A stretch of 64,000 nucleotides of DNA from Kofleriaceae bacterium (GCA_965215005.1 CBDCCZ010000006.1:171720-235719), one strand, 5' to 3'. Counted from the first letter of the stretch, positions 20,179 to 29,570 are shown. Made by a program: numbers and translations. Notes: generated by a model not told the origin, from the letters alone.

Positions 20179-20748
20179 TCAGCTTGCGCGTGCTGCGCTG
20201 CTCGCCTCGCCTTCGGCCAGCATTTGTACGAGTGCCAAGGTGAAGGCGCCGAGGTCATCAGGCTTCCGACTGGTGATGAAGTTCTTATCCACCACCACCT
20301 TCTCATCCACCCACGAGGCGCCCGCGTTCTCGAGATCTGTTTTGATGGAGGGAAAGGAGGTCATGCGCCGACCGCGAACCGCGTCCGCTTCCACCAGCGT
20401 CCAGGGGCCGTGACAAATCGCCGCAATGGGCTTTTCCGCGTCCACGAAACCACCGATGAAGCGAATGGCCGCTTCGTCGATTCTGAGGTTGTCGGGGTTC
20501 ATCTGGCCGCCAGGTAGCACCAGCGCATCGAAATCGTCTGCACGCGCCTCAGACAGCGGCAGGTCTACGGGGAACGCATCCCCCCAATCCGTGTGCTGCC
20601 AGCCCTTCACGGCGCCTTCCACAGGCGAGACAATCGTAGCTGTCGCGCCTTCGGCCTCGAGCTTCTTCTTCGGCTCCTCTAGCTCGCTTTGTTCAAAACC
20701 GTTGGCGACTAGGATGGCGACCTTTTTTCCTTCGAGTCGTTTACTCAT
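20179..20748 (-). CDS. DJ-1/PfpI family protein (YhbO-like deglycase/glyoxalase)
   Basis: GFEQSE, LPGGQMNPD, AICHGPW, TSRKPDD; AGGAGGT RBS. Confidence 0.92.
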   Translation of the reverse strand: MSKRLEGKKVAILVANGFEQSELEEPKKKLEAEGATATIVSPVEGAVKGWQHTDWGDAFPVDLPLSEARADDFDALVLPGGQMNPDNLRIDEAAIRFIGGFVDAEKPIAAICHGPWTLVEADAVRGRRMTSFPSIKTDLENAGASWVDEKVVVDKNFITSRKPDDLGAFTLALVQMLAEGEASSAARAS

Positions 20749-20774
20749 GGGATACCTCCTTCTCCGCATGCGGA

Positions 20775-20790
20775 TGCACCCCACGTGCCG
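20775..20790 (-). promoter_or_regulatory. sigma54 -24/-12 promoter (PfpI)
   Basis: CGGCACGTGGGGTGCA. Confidence 0.6.
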
Positions 20791-20890
20791 GCTCCTGGGC
20801 CGAACCTAGCCGCCAGCGGCGTAGACATCGAATCGAGTTAGGCGCTAATCCCCTTCGATATGAGCCTCACGCGCTGCCGCCGAGCGCAGA

Positions 20891-20921
20891 AAAGGCGTAC
20901 CGCGGCAGACGGTACGCCTTT
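20891..20921. repeat. Perfect 12-bp inverted repeat between divergent promoters
   Basis: AAAGGCGTACCG-cggcaga-CGGTACGCCTTT. Confidence 0.8.
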
Positions 20922-20943
20922 GTGCTCGCGTGGCACGGGCGCG

Positions 20944-20959
20944 TGGCACGGGAGATGCT
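20944..20959 (+). promoter_or_regulatory. sigma54 -24/-12 promoter (small ORF)
   Basis: TGGCACGGGAGATGCT. Confidence 0.6.
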
Positions 20960-20972
20960 CAGCAGCCTACGA

Positions 20973-21104
20973 ATGCACGAGGACCAAAATCATCTCAGCG
21001 CGAGGCCCCAGTCCCGTAGCACCCTGCATCTCGCTATACGAGTCGGTGCAGTTCTGATCCTCGCGCTGCTGGTTCTGAGCGTGGTGGCCGGGCAGCTTCT
21101 TTAG
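20973..21104 (+). CDS. Putative 43-aa single-TM small protein
   Basis: MHEDQNHLSARPQSRSTLHLAIRVGAVLILALLVLSVVAGQLL; sigma54 motif directly upstream. Confidence 0.45.
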   Translation: MHEDQNHLSARPQSRSTLHLAIRVGAVLILALLVLSVVAGQLL

Positions 21105-21127
21105 CGTCGGGCTCGCCCGGAGAGGCG

Positions 21128-22135
21128 CTAGCTAGCGCCTCGAGCCATCGCTGCCTTGTTCGCCTTGACCTCATCTAGGGTCTTCTCTGCGGCCGGGCGA
21201 AGCGTTAGCCACATGAAGTCATAGATATCGAGGAAGTCGCGCGGCTCGTAGCCCTTCTCGCGCAGCTGGTCTCGCAGGTCAGCCGCAACAGAGCACAGCT
21301 TCTCGTAACGCGGCGCACTTGGCGCGCTCGACCAGCGAAGCCGCGGAGCCAGTGCTTCAGCCTGGCGGCGAAAGCAGGATGGCCGCACGCAGACATAGCG
21401 CTCAGGCTCCATCAGCGCGGGCAACACCGTCACGAGCTGCCAGGTCGGCTTGACCTCTGCGGCGAGGAGCGCCGCGATGAAACGCTCGAGTCGAAGCTCG
21501 AAGGCAGCCTCGTCGTGCAGTAGCTCGAAAATCGCGCTGCCAAGCGGGTCTCGACGACTCGTGGGTAGCTCGCTCAGCTCTTGGCACTGCTTCGACGTCA
21601 CCAAGTCCGTAGCGGACAGAATTCGCAGCGCCAACTCAACGATGTCGCCGGGCCGTTCGGCATCGATGAGCTCGCGCAGCGCATCCGCCGCGAGAAGCTC
21701 GCGGGTCCGGGCAGCAGCAGGCTCGCGATGCCGCTTTAACGTCTTGGAGGAACCAAGACCTCGGCGTCGCCGCGACCACCGCGGGCCCTCGAAACCCTTC
21801 TCGAAGAGATGATCGAAGATGAGACGCTGATCGGCCAAGCTCATGCTGCGCGCGCGGCGCTCGGCAGCTTCTTCACCGCCCACGCTTGCTGCGCTGTGGG
21901 TCTCGATCGCTGCACGTCGCTGTAGCCCTTGCACCACGGTGTCCGCGTTGCCAGGCGCGGCATCGACCTCATCCATCAAGTGATAGAAGCCCTGCGCGAA
22001 AATCCGCAGCTTGCCGTCTTCGAACTGAAACGCGCGTCGGCCCTCGCCTTCCCAAGCCAGCACCGCGAACCCCCATTCCGGCCGCTTGGCATGTTGAAAA
22101 AGCTGACTGTCATCTTGTGTCGTCGTAGTGTCCAT
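21128..22135 (-). CDS. Hypothetical protein: DUF3553/SH3-like N-terminus plus helical domain ending in PRDFLDIYDFMW
   Basis: GAGGAGGT RBS; HAKRPEWG N-terminal motif; the C-terminal PRD-x-x-D-x-x-x-F-x-W motif is recalled from long DUF3553 proteins. Confidence 0.7.
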   Translation of the reverse strand: MDTTTTQDDSQLFQHAKRPEWGFAVLAWEGEGRRAFQFEDGKLRIFAQGFYHLMDEVDAAPGNADTVVQGLQRRAAIETHSAASVGGEEAAERRARSMSLADQRLIFDHLFEKGFEGPRWSRRRRGLGSSKTLKRHREPAAARTRELLAADALRELIDAERPGDIVELALRILSATDLVTSKQCQELSELPTSRRDPLGSAIFELLHDEAAFELRLERFIAALLAAEVKPTWQLVTVLPALMEPERYVCVRPSCFRRQAEALAPRLRWSSAPSAPRYEKLCSVAADLRDQLREKGYEPRDFLDIYDFMWLTLRPAAEKTLDEVKANKAAMARGAS

Positions 22136-22256
22136 CGGACCTCCTCATCGTTGGGCCAACGCGCAAGCCAACGCTCACACGCGCCGCAGCAACAGCAGCT
22201 AGTGCTCGCCCTCGCATCGCTGCTGAGCAAGCCGCCACCATCACGGCAACCAGAAC

Positions 22257-22284
22257 ATTGTAATACAGAAAACGACTGTGTCAA
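22257..22284 (-). promoter_or_regulatory. Near-consensus sigma70 promoter with an inverted repeat over the -35
   Basis: TTGACA (22284-22279), 16 nt, TACAAT (22262-22257); CTGTGTC-N6-GACACAG at 22276-22295. Confidence 0.65.
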
Positions 22285-22377
22285 GGTAGACACAGCCTGG
22301 GCGAGTCAGCGCCTTCTGTTGCGGGCGCTAAATCGACGCAATACGCACGGACCTGCTACGCAGGAATCGTTCCGCAG

Positions 22378-23382
22378 CTAGGAAGGAACCATTCCGCGCG
22401 CACGAAAGTAATCAACAGCGTCGGAAATGGTGTCTTCGATCGGCCGAAACGTCGCTCCAAGCTGCTGCACCGCCTTGCGATTGCTGTAGAAGCTCGGCTT
22501 CAGGCTGTATTCGAAGAAGCTGCGCGAGAGCATCGGCGGCGTGCCACTGCGCGCGGCGCGGGCCTCCATGGCAATAGAGATTCCGCGCGCCACCGTGACC
22601 GGCAACTTGACCAGACGCCGAGGCCGTCGCCCCGGCTGTGCAACCACTGCTTCGATGCGGGTGATTAGCTCGCGATTGCTGAGATTGTGCGCGGTGGCGA
22701 GGTATCGCTCTTTGGCGCGCCCCGAGGTGGCGGCGAGCACGTGGACCGCTGCGGCGTCGCGAACGTCGACGTAGCTCGCGCCGCCGTCGAAATAGACGCC
22801 AGGACCGCCGCTCAGCGCATTGATGATCAACTTACCTGACGGAGTCGGACGCAGATCGCCGGGGCCGAACACGATACCCGGACAGACGATGCGGACGTCG
22901 AGATCCCACGTCGCGAAATATTCAGCGAGCTCGCGGCTGAAAAACTTTGAGCGGCTGTACGGGAAATCCAACGCCCATGACTCGTAGGCAGTGGTCTCAT
23001 CGCCGAGCTCCCCTGGCTCGGGGCGCCCCAGCGATACGATGCTGGCGGTGTAGACCACCCGCTCGACCTTGGCGCGTCGAGCTGCTTCGAGCACGTTGAA
23101 CGTACCCCGCAGATTGACGTCGTACATCTTGCTCGGGTCGGGAGCCCAATCGGCATAGATTGCCGCGGCGTGAAAGACGGTATCCACGCCGGCCGTGGCG
23201 CCCTCAACGGCCTCACGCGACAGAATATCGCCTTCTAAGATTTCGACTTCTAAGCCGCTGAGATTCTCTCGGGACTCGCCAGGCTGCGCCAGAACCCGGA
23301 CTCTCGTACCGCGGGTGCGCAGCTCCTTGACGATCGAGCTGCCGAGAAATCCACAACCGCCAGTGACCAATGCGTGTTCCAC
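22378..23382 (-). CDS. NAD-dependent epimerase/dehydratase (extended SDR, dihydroflavonol reductase/HpnA-like)
   Basis: TGGCGFLG, FHAAA, YSRSK, FGPGDLRPTPSG, VDVRDAA. Confidence 0.88.
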   Translation of the reverse strand: MEHALVTGGCGFLGSSIVKELRTRGTRVRVLAQPGESRENLSGLEVEILEGDILSREAVEGATAGVDTVFHAAAIYADWAPDPSKMYDVNLRGTFNVLEAARRAKVERVVYTASIVSLGRPEPGELGDETTAYESWALDFPYSRSKFFSRELAEYFATWDLDVRIVCPGIVFGPGDLRPTPSGKLIINALSGGPGVYFDGGASYVDVRDAAAVHVLAATSGRAKERYLATAHNLSNRELITRIEAVVAQPGRRPRRLVKLPVTVARGISIAMEARAARSGTPPMLSRSFFEYSLKPSFYSNRKAVQQLGATFRPIEDTISDAVDYFRARGMVPS

Positions 23383-23482
23383 CCCCGGAGCCTACACGAG
23401 ATAGCTACGCCCGTTGTTCGTTAGACGCGCGAAGAGCGGCGCCGCGGGGCGCCGCTAAGCGCCCACAGCGCCCCCGAAGCGA

Positions 23483-24538
23483 TCAAACGCGAAAAATGGC
23501 AGAGCCCCAGGTGAAGCCGGCGCCAAACACGGTGGACAAGATGCGGTCGCCTTTCTTCACTTTGCCCTGCTTGCGCCAGTAATCGATGGTGAGCGGAACG
23601 GTGGCTGCCGTGGTGTTCCCGTAGAACTCGATGGTGTTTAACACCTTCTTTTCGGGGATTTCCGCGACCTCTGCGACCTTCTGGTTGATGCGCAGGTTGG
23701 CCTGATGCGGCACGAACCAGTCGATGTCGTCCCACGTGAGCCCTGTCTGCGCGAGGGCCTTGTTGGTAGAGATGACCATGTTGCGCACTGCCTGCAAAAA
23801 CACCCGCTTGCCGTCCATTTGCGGGTACTTGATGATGTTCTCGTCTTTGTTGCGAGCGTCGTAGCCGATGTACGGCAGCTTGTGAATTTCGAATGCCTTC
23901 AGATACAGATACATCGCGCCCTGACCATCTGCTTTGCAGTCGGTGTAGAGCACTCCATCGTGCGGATCTTCGGTGTCTTTGCCCCCGAGAATCATGGCAC
24001 CTGCACCGTCACCGAACAGCACCGTCACGTCGCGACCGCGGGTAGCGAACTCGAGCGAGTGGCTATGCAGCTCGGCACCCACCAACAAGATGCGCTGATA
24101 CAGACCGGTGCGGATGAAGGCATCGGCCATTTGCAAGCCATATACGAATCCCGAACACTGCTGACGAATATCGTAACAAGCGCAGTTGAGGTCTGCGATC
24201 CCTAACTTGGTCTGTAGGAAGACGCCTGAGCCTGGAAAATGAATATCCGGCGAGAGGGTGGCGAAAATAATGCAGTCCACGTCTTTGGCTGCGACGCCGG
24301 CATCGTCGAGAGCAGCGCGAGCCGCCGCCAGACCGAGGTCACTACAGGCCAGAGACTCGTCGTTGGGAACGTAGCGACGCTCGCGGATGCCACTGCGGGC
24401 TTGAATCCACTCGTCGCTGGTGTCGGTTTGCTGCTCCGCGCAACGCTCGTGGCGGTCGTTGAGAAACCGAATTTCATCATTGGTTACGACCCGCTCGGGT
24501 ACGTAGGAGCCAATACCGAGGACCTGAGTGCGAATCAT
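23483..24538 (-). CDS. fabH: 3-oxoacyl-ACP synthase III family
   Basis: QQCSGF (Cys), LFGDGAGA, PHQAN (His), YGNT (Asn), FGAGFTWG; AAGGAG RBS. Confidence 0.9.
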   Translation of the reverse strand: MIRTQVLGIGSYVPERVVTNDEIRFLNDRHERCAEQQTDTSDEWIQARSGIRERRYVPNDESLACSDLGLAAARAALDDAGVAAKDVDCIIFATLSPDIHFPGSGVFLQTKLGIADLNCACYDIRQQCSGFVYGLQMADAFIRTGLYQRILLVGAELHSHSLEFATRGRDVTVLFGDGAGAMILGGKDTEDPHDGVLYTDCKADGQGAMYLYLKAFEIHKLPYIGYDARNKDENIIKYPQMDGKRVFLQAVRNMVISTNKALAQTGLTWDDIDWFVPHQANLRINQKVAEVAEIPEKKVLNTIEFYGNTTAATVPLTIDYWRKQGKVKKGDRILSTVFGAGFTWGSAIFRV

Positions 24539-24768
24539 GCGTGTCTCCTTCGCGGCGGTGACGCCTGGCGGCTACCTTTACCGCGCTCCGCCGCGAAACC
24601 CAAGCGCCTTGCAGGCGGAGGTGGGCAACGGCGGGCGCAGCCGACCCACCGAGCTCGGAAAGTCGCCACGCCCACCGTTGCGGCACCCAAGCCGACGCCC
24701 TATGAAGAAGAGATGGGCCGTGTCGCGAAGCCTCGCCTCGCTTTCGCTGATGAAGGACGCCGTGCTAC

Positions 24769-25461
24769 GTGAGCCGCGGTGCAGGTAAACCAACGTTGGC
24801 CGCTACCTGTAGCCGCGGCGTTTGCGCCTCGACGAGCACGGGGCAAACCGCCGCCTTGGCCGACGCGATGCGTCTAGCAACCGCCGCACATCACGCGCGC
24901 GCCGAACGAGCCGGCTTAATGCATCGCATCCTGCATCGGTCGTTCTCCGCGGCCGAATACGCGCGCCTGCTCGCTTCGCTGCTGCCCGTGTATCAGTCGC
25001 TCGAGGTCGGCCTGGCGACACATCACGCGCTATTCCCTGCGCTGCCGCTATCGCGGCTCGCGCGTAGCGCCGGTCTCGCTGCCGACTTGGCGTTCTTTGC
25101 GCGCCGCGTCGGCCGGCCCGCGCTCCCAGCAGCTACGGCCAAAGGCTATGCGGCATGCATCGACGATATCGCCGCCACTGAGCCAGCGCTGCTGCTCGCC
25201 CACGCGTACGTGCGGTTTCTCGGCGACGTCTCTGGCGGCCAAATCCTTGGCAGTGTCGTCGCGGATCATCTCGAGCTACCCGACCGTCAAGGCCTGCAAT
25301 TCTATCGGTTCGATGATCCCGCCGGGTTGCGCGTCGAGCTGCGCGACGCGGTGCAGCACGCGCCTGTAGACGCTTCGCTGCACGCCGCGCTATGCGCGGA
25401 GGCCGAGCGGGCGTTCGAGCTCAACATCGCGATGTTCGTCGAGCTCGATACCCACACGTGA
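24769..25461 (+). CDS. Heme oxygenase (biliverdin-producing, HO-1-like); start uncertain (24769, 24856 or 24868)
   Basis: Proximal helix MRLATAAHHARAE; distal helix AHAYVRFLGDVSGGQIL; EAERAFELN. Confidence 0.85.
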   Translation: MSRGAGKPTLAATCSRGVCASTSTGQTAALADAMRLATAAHHARAERAGLMHRILHRSFSAAEYARLLASLLPVYQSLEVGLATHHALFPALPLSRLARSAGLAADLAFFARRVGRPALPAATAKGYAACIDDIAATEPALLLAHAYVRFLGDVSGGQILGSVVADHLELPDRQGLQFYRFDDPAGLRVELRDAVQHAPVDASLHAALCAEAERAFELNIAMFVELDTHT

Positions 25462-25506
25462 CGGCGCAGCTGCGGCCACAGCCGTTGGCGCCGCGCAATG
25501 CGCTGC

Positions 25507-26472
25507 TCAGCTTTGGGGCAACGGCATGAACTGCAGCTCGTTGCCGTTGAACGAAGGGATCAGCAGATGATTGCGCTTGTCGTCGAAGCCGATATCGGCT
25601 GGCGACTCGATATTCTCGGCAATGGGAGTGAATTCTTCCCCTGGCCGCCCCGCATATACCGCCTTGCCCTCCCAGCTCGAGATCGCGATCCGACCATCCG
25701 GCAGCGCCACGATCCCGTCGAGACTGCCGGCCGGAAGCGTGGTGACGTTCGTTGGCTTGCCGTCAACCAACTGGTAAAGCTCATTTGCGCCCATGGTGAC
25801 GACCCAGACCTGATCGTCCACGACCAAGATGCCGTTTGGGCCTTTTAGCTGTTTGCCCTGCGCTAGGGTGGTGAGCTTTCCGTCTTGGATCTTATAGATC
25901 CCCTGATGCCCCGTAGGCTTTAGTCCGCCTTCGGATGGCTCGAGGCCGCTATCGGTGACATAGACCGTATCTCCGGCGGCGAATACGTCATTGACGAACG
26001 TCGCTTTGGGAATCTTGACCTCTCCCTTGGCCGCGCCGGTCTTCGTATCGAACATTCGCACTCGATCGAGGTCGCCGACGTAGAGAGTATCGCCTGCCAC
26101 CGCTAGCCCCTTGGGTGCGTTGAGCGTGACGCCAGCCTTGCCACTCTCGATCCATCCACGTTCGATGACCTTGCCCTCAGGTGACACTTTCGCGATGAAG
26201 CCCTTGCCGTCTGCCTCATACGGCACGCCGTCTATGTTGCTCACGTAATACACATCGGCAGCGGCGTCGTAGGTGACCGACTCCGGCGTCGCGAGCTGCG
26301 CGTCCGCACCAACGACGATGGGTCCGGCAGGCTCTTCGGCAACCGCCTCGGGCGGTAGCTCCGCCGGCTCGGGCGCGACCGGCTCCCTCGGCGCTTCGAC
26401 CATGGGCTCATCCTTCTTGCACCCGAGGAGACTCACCAACACGCACGGCACGATCCATCGCGGTTTGTTCAT
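25507..26472 (-). CDS. SMP-30/gluconolactonase-like beta-propeller lipoprotein
   Basis: Lipobox LLGC; TPESV, LNAPKG, FVND, GPNG, LDG, SPADIG propeller motifs. Confidence 0.8.
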   Translation of the reverse strand: MNKPRWIVPCVLVSLLGCKKDEPMVEAPREPVAPEPAELPPEAVAEEPAGPIVVGADAQLATPESVTYDAAADVYYVSNIDGVPYEADGKGFIAKVSPEGKVIERGWIESGKAGVTLNAPKGLAVAGDTLYVGDLDRVRMFDTKTGAAKGEVKIPKATFVNDVFAAGDTVYVTDSGLEPSEGGLKPTGHQGIYKIQDGKLTTLAQGKQLKGPNGILVVDDQVWVVTMGANELYQLVDGKPTNVTTLPAGSLDGIVALPDGRIAISSWEGKAVYAGRPGEEFTPIAENIESPADIGFDDKRNHLLIPSFNGNELQFMPLPQS

Positions 26473-26706
26473 GAACGCGAACGTACGCCGCTGTGTGACC
26501 CCGTTCAACCGTGTGGGACGAGCTTCCCTAGCGCTTGAGCCACAGGCAATGGCTCGGCGATGGTTTTCAGCGCCGCGGCGCGAAAGTCGACGTGACACGT
26601 CCAAAAGCAGAACGCGTTGCTTTGACCAAAATCGTTCAGCTTACAGCAACTTCGCGCAACCCGATAGGGGCTTGCAAAGCCGACAATTTCCGGTCATCGA
26701 GTGGCT

Positions 26707-27621
26707 ATGTCCCGCGAGGTCGTCGCCGCTTACCTAACTGCCGTGGTCGCCATTGGCGGCCTATCACTCCTGCTCAGTTTGCGCTGGCTAGGACGGGCAA
26801 CCCGTGTGCGTTTGCTGCGGTTCGGCGCCCGCCGCCGCATTGAGTCGGTGAGCCCATCCGAGACCCATCCGGGAGGCATCGCCCTCGAGCGACGACGGGG
26901 CGTCCAGAACATCCAACGCACCGCCACCGTGGCGCGGCGGCTGCTGATCCCGGTGATCATCGCTATCACCGCAATATTTGCTGCAGTGCCGTTTCTCACG
27001 CAGGTACCCGCAGCGCTGCTGTCGCTGCTCGTCGCCATGGGAGCCGTGCTGCTGGGCATCGCCGCGCGCCCGGCGGTAGAAAACGCCGTCGCTGGGCTGG
27101 TCATCGCGCTATCGCGACACATCAACATCGGCGACACCGTTCGCATCGATGACTGGTACGGCACCATCGAAGATATCTCGCTCACTCACACCACGGTCAA
27201 GGTGTGGGATTGTCGGCGCTATCTGCTACCGAATACGCAAGTGCTGCAAACACGCATTCTCAAGTACACCCATCCAGATAGTCAGCTCTGGGCGACCATC
27301 GAGTTTTGGGTTTCCTACGATGCCGACATCGATCAAGTGACCTCCCTGGCGCAAGCTGCGGCGAAGAAGAGTCTGCACTGCAACGTTCGCGAGGAAATTG
27401 GCTGTTGGGTGATGGAAATGGCGCGCGAAGGCGTCAAGCTGTGGCTTGCAGCGTGGGCCGACTCGCCTTCAGCGGCTTGGACGCTGCAAGTGGAGATGCG
27501 CACTGAGTTGGTTCGTTCTCTCAAAGCTGCGGGTATCGCCACCCACGCCTACCACCATGACCTCGCGGACCCTCCTGCCGGACTTCGACTCGCGGCGAAG
27601 ATGGGCATGCCGCAGGCGTAG
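26707..27621 (+). CDS. MscS-family mechanosensitive channel
   Basis: TM helices, LGIAARPAVENAVAGL, INIGDTVRID, GTIEDISLTHT, LPN. Confidence 0.85.
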   Translation: MSREVVAAYLTAVVAIGGLSLLLSLRWLGRATRVRLLRFGARRRIESVSPSETHPGGIALERRRGVQNIQRTATVARRLLIPVIIAITAIFAAVPFLTQVPAALLSLLVAMGAVLLGIAARPAVENAVAGLVIALSRHINIGDTVRIDDWYGTIEDISLTHTTVKVWDCRRYLLPNTQVLQTRILKYTHPDSQLWATIEFWVSYDADIDQVTSLAQAAAKKSLHCNVREEIGCWVMEMAREGVKLWLAAWADSPSAAWTLQVEMRTELVRSLKAAGIATHAYHHDLADPPAGLRLAAKMGMPQA

Positions 27622-27628
27622 CGAGCTC

Positions 27629-28336
27629 CTACGCGCGGTCGCTACGGAAGCGCCGCAAGCCCGCGATGAGCGCTTCTAGCGCGGCGCGACGGAGCGTCGC
27701 TTCGCCGCCGAGCATTGCCTGGTTGAGCTCGAGCTCGATGCCCGCATAGCCCAGGTGATCGAGCTCTCGCCGAAGGTGCGTGGCAAGGCCGTCGGAGGTG
27801 CCGCGGTAGGGATAGTTGCGGCGCACCTGCAGCGCGGGGTGCAGCTCGCGCAATGCGCGTTGCCAGCCGAGACACAAGCGGCGCTCTAGCTCGCGATCGG
27901 GATCGTAGAGCAGGCCGACGTCGGCACGACGAACCCGACCGTGGAGCTCAGGCGTAAAGCTGTGGACCGCGAGGTGCGCCACCCGCTGACCGCGATCGAG
28001 ACCACGACGAATGGCCGCGGCCACCGATTGCCGGTGCGGCAGGTAATGCGTGCGCACCAGCGTCTCACGTTCTGCCGGCGATAACGCGTCGGTAAACTCG
28101 GAGAACACCCGGCGATGGTGAAGCGAGCGGTTGAGGTCGACGAGCAGCCGCGTCGTGGTGGCGGCGATCAGCGGCGCGTCAAAGGCATCGGCGAAGCGCC
28201 GCGCGACCTTGAGAGCGCCGAGGTCGGACGCTCGATGAGTGGTCAGCAATGCCTCGGCACCGGCGAAAAGATGCTCGTAGGCCCTGGGGACGTGATTTCC
28301 GCCGTGCTCACAGCTCACCACCAGCAGCTCAAACAT
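27629..28336 (-). CDS. N-formylglutamate amidohydrolase family
   Basis: SCEHGGN, DLGA, RLLVDLNRS, VHSFTP, NYPY, IELELNQ. Confidence 0.88.
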   Translation of the reverse strand: MFELLVVSCEHGGNHVPRAYEHLFAGAEALLTTHRASDLGALKVARRFADAFDAPLIAATTTRLLVDLNRSLHHRRVFSEFTDALSPAERETLVRTHYLPHRQSVAAAIRRGLDRGQRVAHLAVHSFTPELHGRVRRADVGLLYDPDRELERRLCLGWQRALRELHPALQVRRNYPYRGTSDGLATHLRRELDHLGYAGIELELNQAMLGGEATLRRAALEALIAGLRRFRSDRA

Positions 28337-29570
28337 TGCCGTCGAAGAACTCCCCAGTGGCCAGAGAATCGGCCAAGGCTCGCCACACCCGACGCAGATT
28401 TTGCTCGGATGCGTCGGCTCCCAGCGCTGTTAGAATCCGCCGAGCCAAGCAACCATGACGGCCGTACATGGCAATCCACTCGCTGAAGCAAGCCACCTCG
28501 TCGTGGCACTGCGCAGCAATATGCTGCCACAGCTCCCCTAGGGTCACCCGCGAGCGGTCGCCGAGCCCCCACGCCGCCAAGACAGTAGGCTCCCATAGCT
28601 CGGCGCGTTCACCCTCGCGCGTTGCCCGCCAGAGAATCGCCGCCAGCTCTTCGGCAGTGAAAACGCGCTGCTCGCGGTGGCCGATGAATCGCTCATCGAC
28701 CTGCGCCCGCACCGCGGCCACCGCCAGCGCCGCCACCGCCAAATCGGCTCGCGGGCACTCTTGCAGATCAATCACGCGAATCTCGATGGCGCTGCGATCG
28801 AAGCGAGCGATGGCTCCCCGTGAGTTGATCCACTCATGGCGCAAGGTACCTTCCGGATCGAGCGCAGCCATGTCCCGATAGATGCGCCCGAGAATGGCTT
28901 CTTGATATTCCGCTGGCGAAAACACCGCCTCGGGCACCACGTGCCCCGCCACCGAGCCGACTCGGCGCTGATTGCCGCGATACACCTCGAGGCGCGAATC
29001 GCAGAGGCCGGTGGCTTTGCCGTCCATGACCGGTGAGGAAGCAGCCAACGCGGGAAGCAGCGGAAGGACCAACCGTACGGCCGCGTGCAGACGAGCAAAC
29101 TCCTCGTCATCGGCAAACGGCAGATTCACGTGCATGCTCTGCAGATTCGTCCAGCCGTGCCCACGGCAGTCGAAGATGCGATGATAGGTATCGTAGATAG
29201 TGCGATCGTCGTGCGGCCACAGCCGACTATCGTGGTGCGGATCCATCCACGGATGCATCGCCGTGGGCAACAGCCGCGCCTCGTGCGCCGCCAGCGCCTC
29301 ATTGATCACGTTGATCTCGCGCTGAAACGCCGCCGCCAGCGGCTCTAGCTCGCGAGCTGGTCCATTGGTCTTGAGCTCGACCACGTGCAGCGCCAATTCA
29401 TTCGACCAGGCGATATCGCCATGCTCGAGCTCCATGACGTATTCCTCGCCACCTGCCGCCTGGCGCAACAGCTCATCGCACACCGGCGCAACGCCTAAGG
29501 TAGAGGAGCTCACGATCATGTACTCGAGCTCGATGCCAAACCCTTCGAACAAGCGCAATGGGCGGTTCAT
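28329..29570 (-). CDS. Glutamate-cysteine ligase family 2 (GCS2 / carboxylate-amine ligase)
   Basis: GIELEYMIV, VVELKT, AMHPW, SMHVNL, ASSP, IARFDRSAIEIRVID; overlaps both neighbours. Confidence 0.88.
   Translation of the reverse strand: MNRPLRLFEGFGIELEYMIVSSSTLGVAPVCDELLRQAAGGEEYVMELEHGDIAWSNELALHVVELKTNGPARELEPLAAAFQREINVINEALAAHEARLLPTAMHPWMDPHHDSRLWPHDDRTIYDTYHRIFDCRGHGWTNLQSMHVNLPFADDEEFARLHAAVRLVLPLLPALAASSPVMDGKATGLCDSRLEVYRGNQRRVGSVAGHVVPEAVFSPAEYQEAILGRIYRDMAALDPEGTLRHEWINSRGAIARFDRSAIEIRVIDLQECPRADLAVAALAVAAVRAQVDERFIGHREQRVFTAEELAAILWRATREGERAELWEPTVLAAWGLGDRSRVTLGELWQHIAAQCHDEVACFSEWIAMYGRHGCLARRILTALGADASEQNLRRVWRALADSLATGEFFDGNV

Noticed and set aside
24747..24790. CTGATGA suggesting a hammerhead ribozyme core
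   Set aside because: No stem II followed by GAAA and no compatible stems I/III
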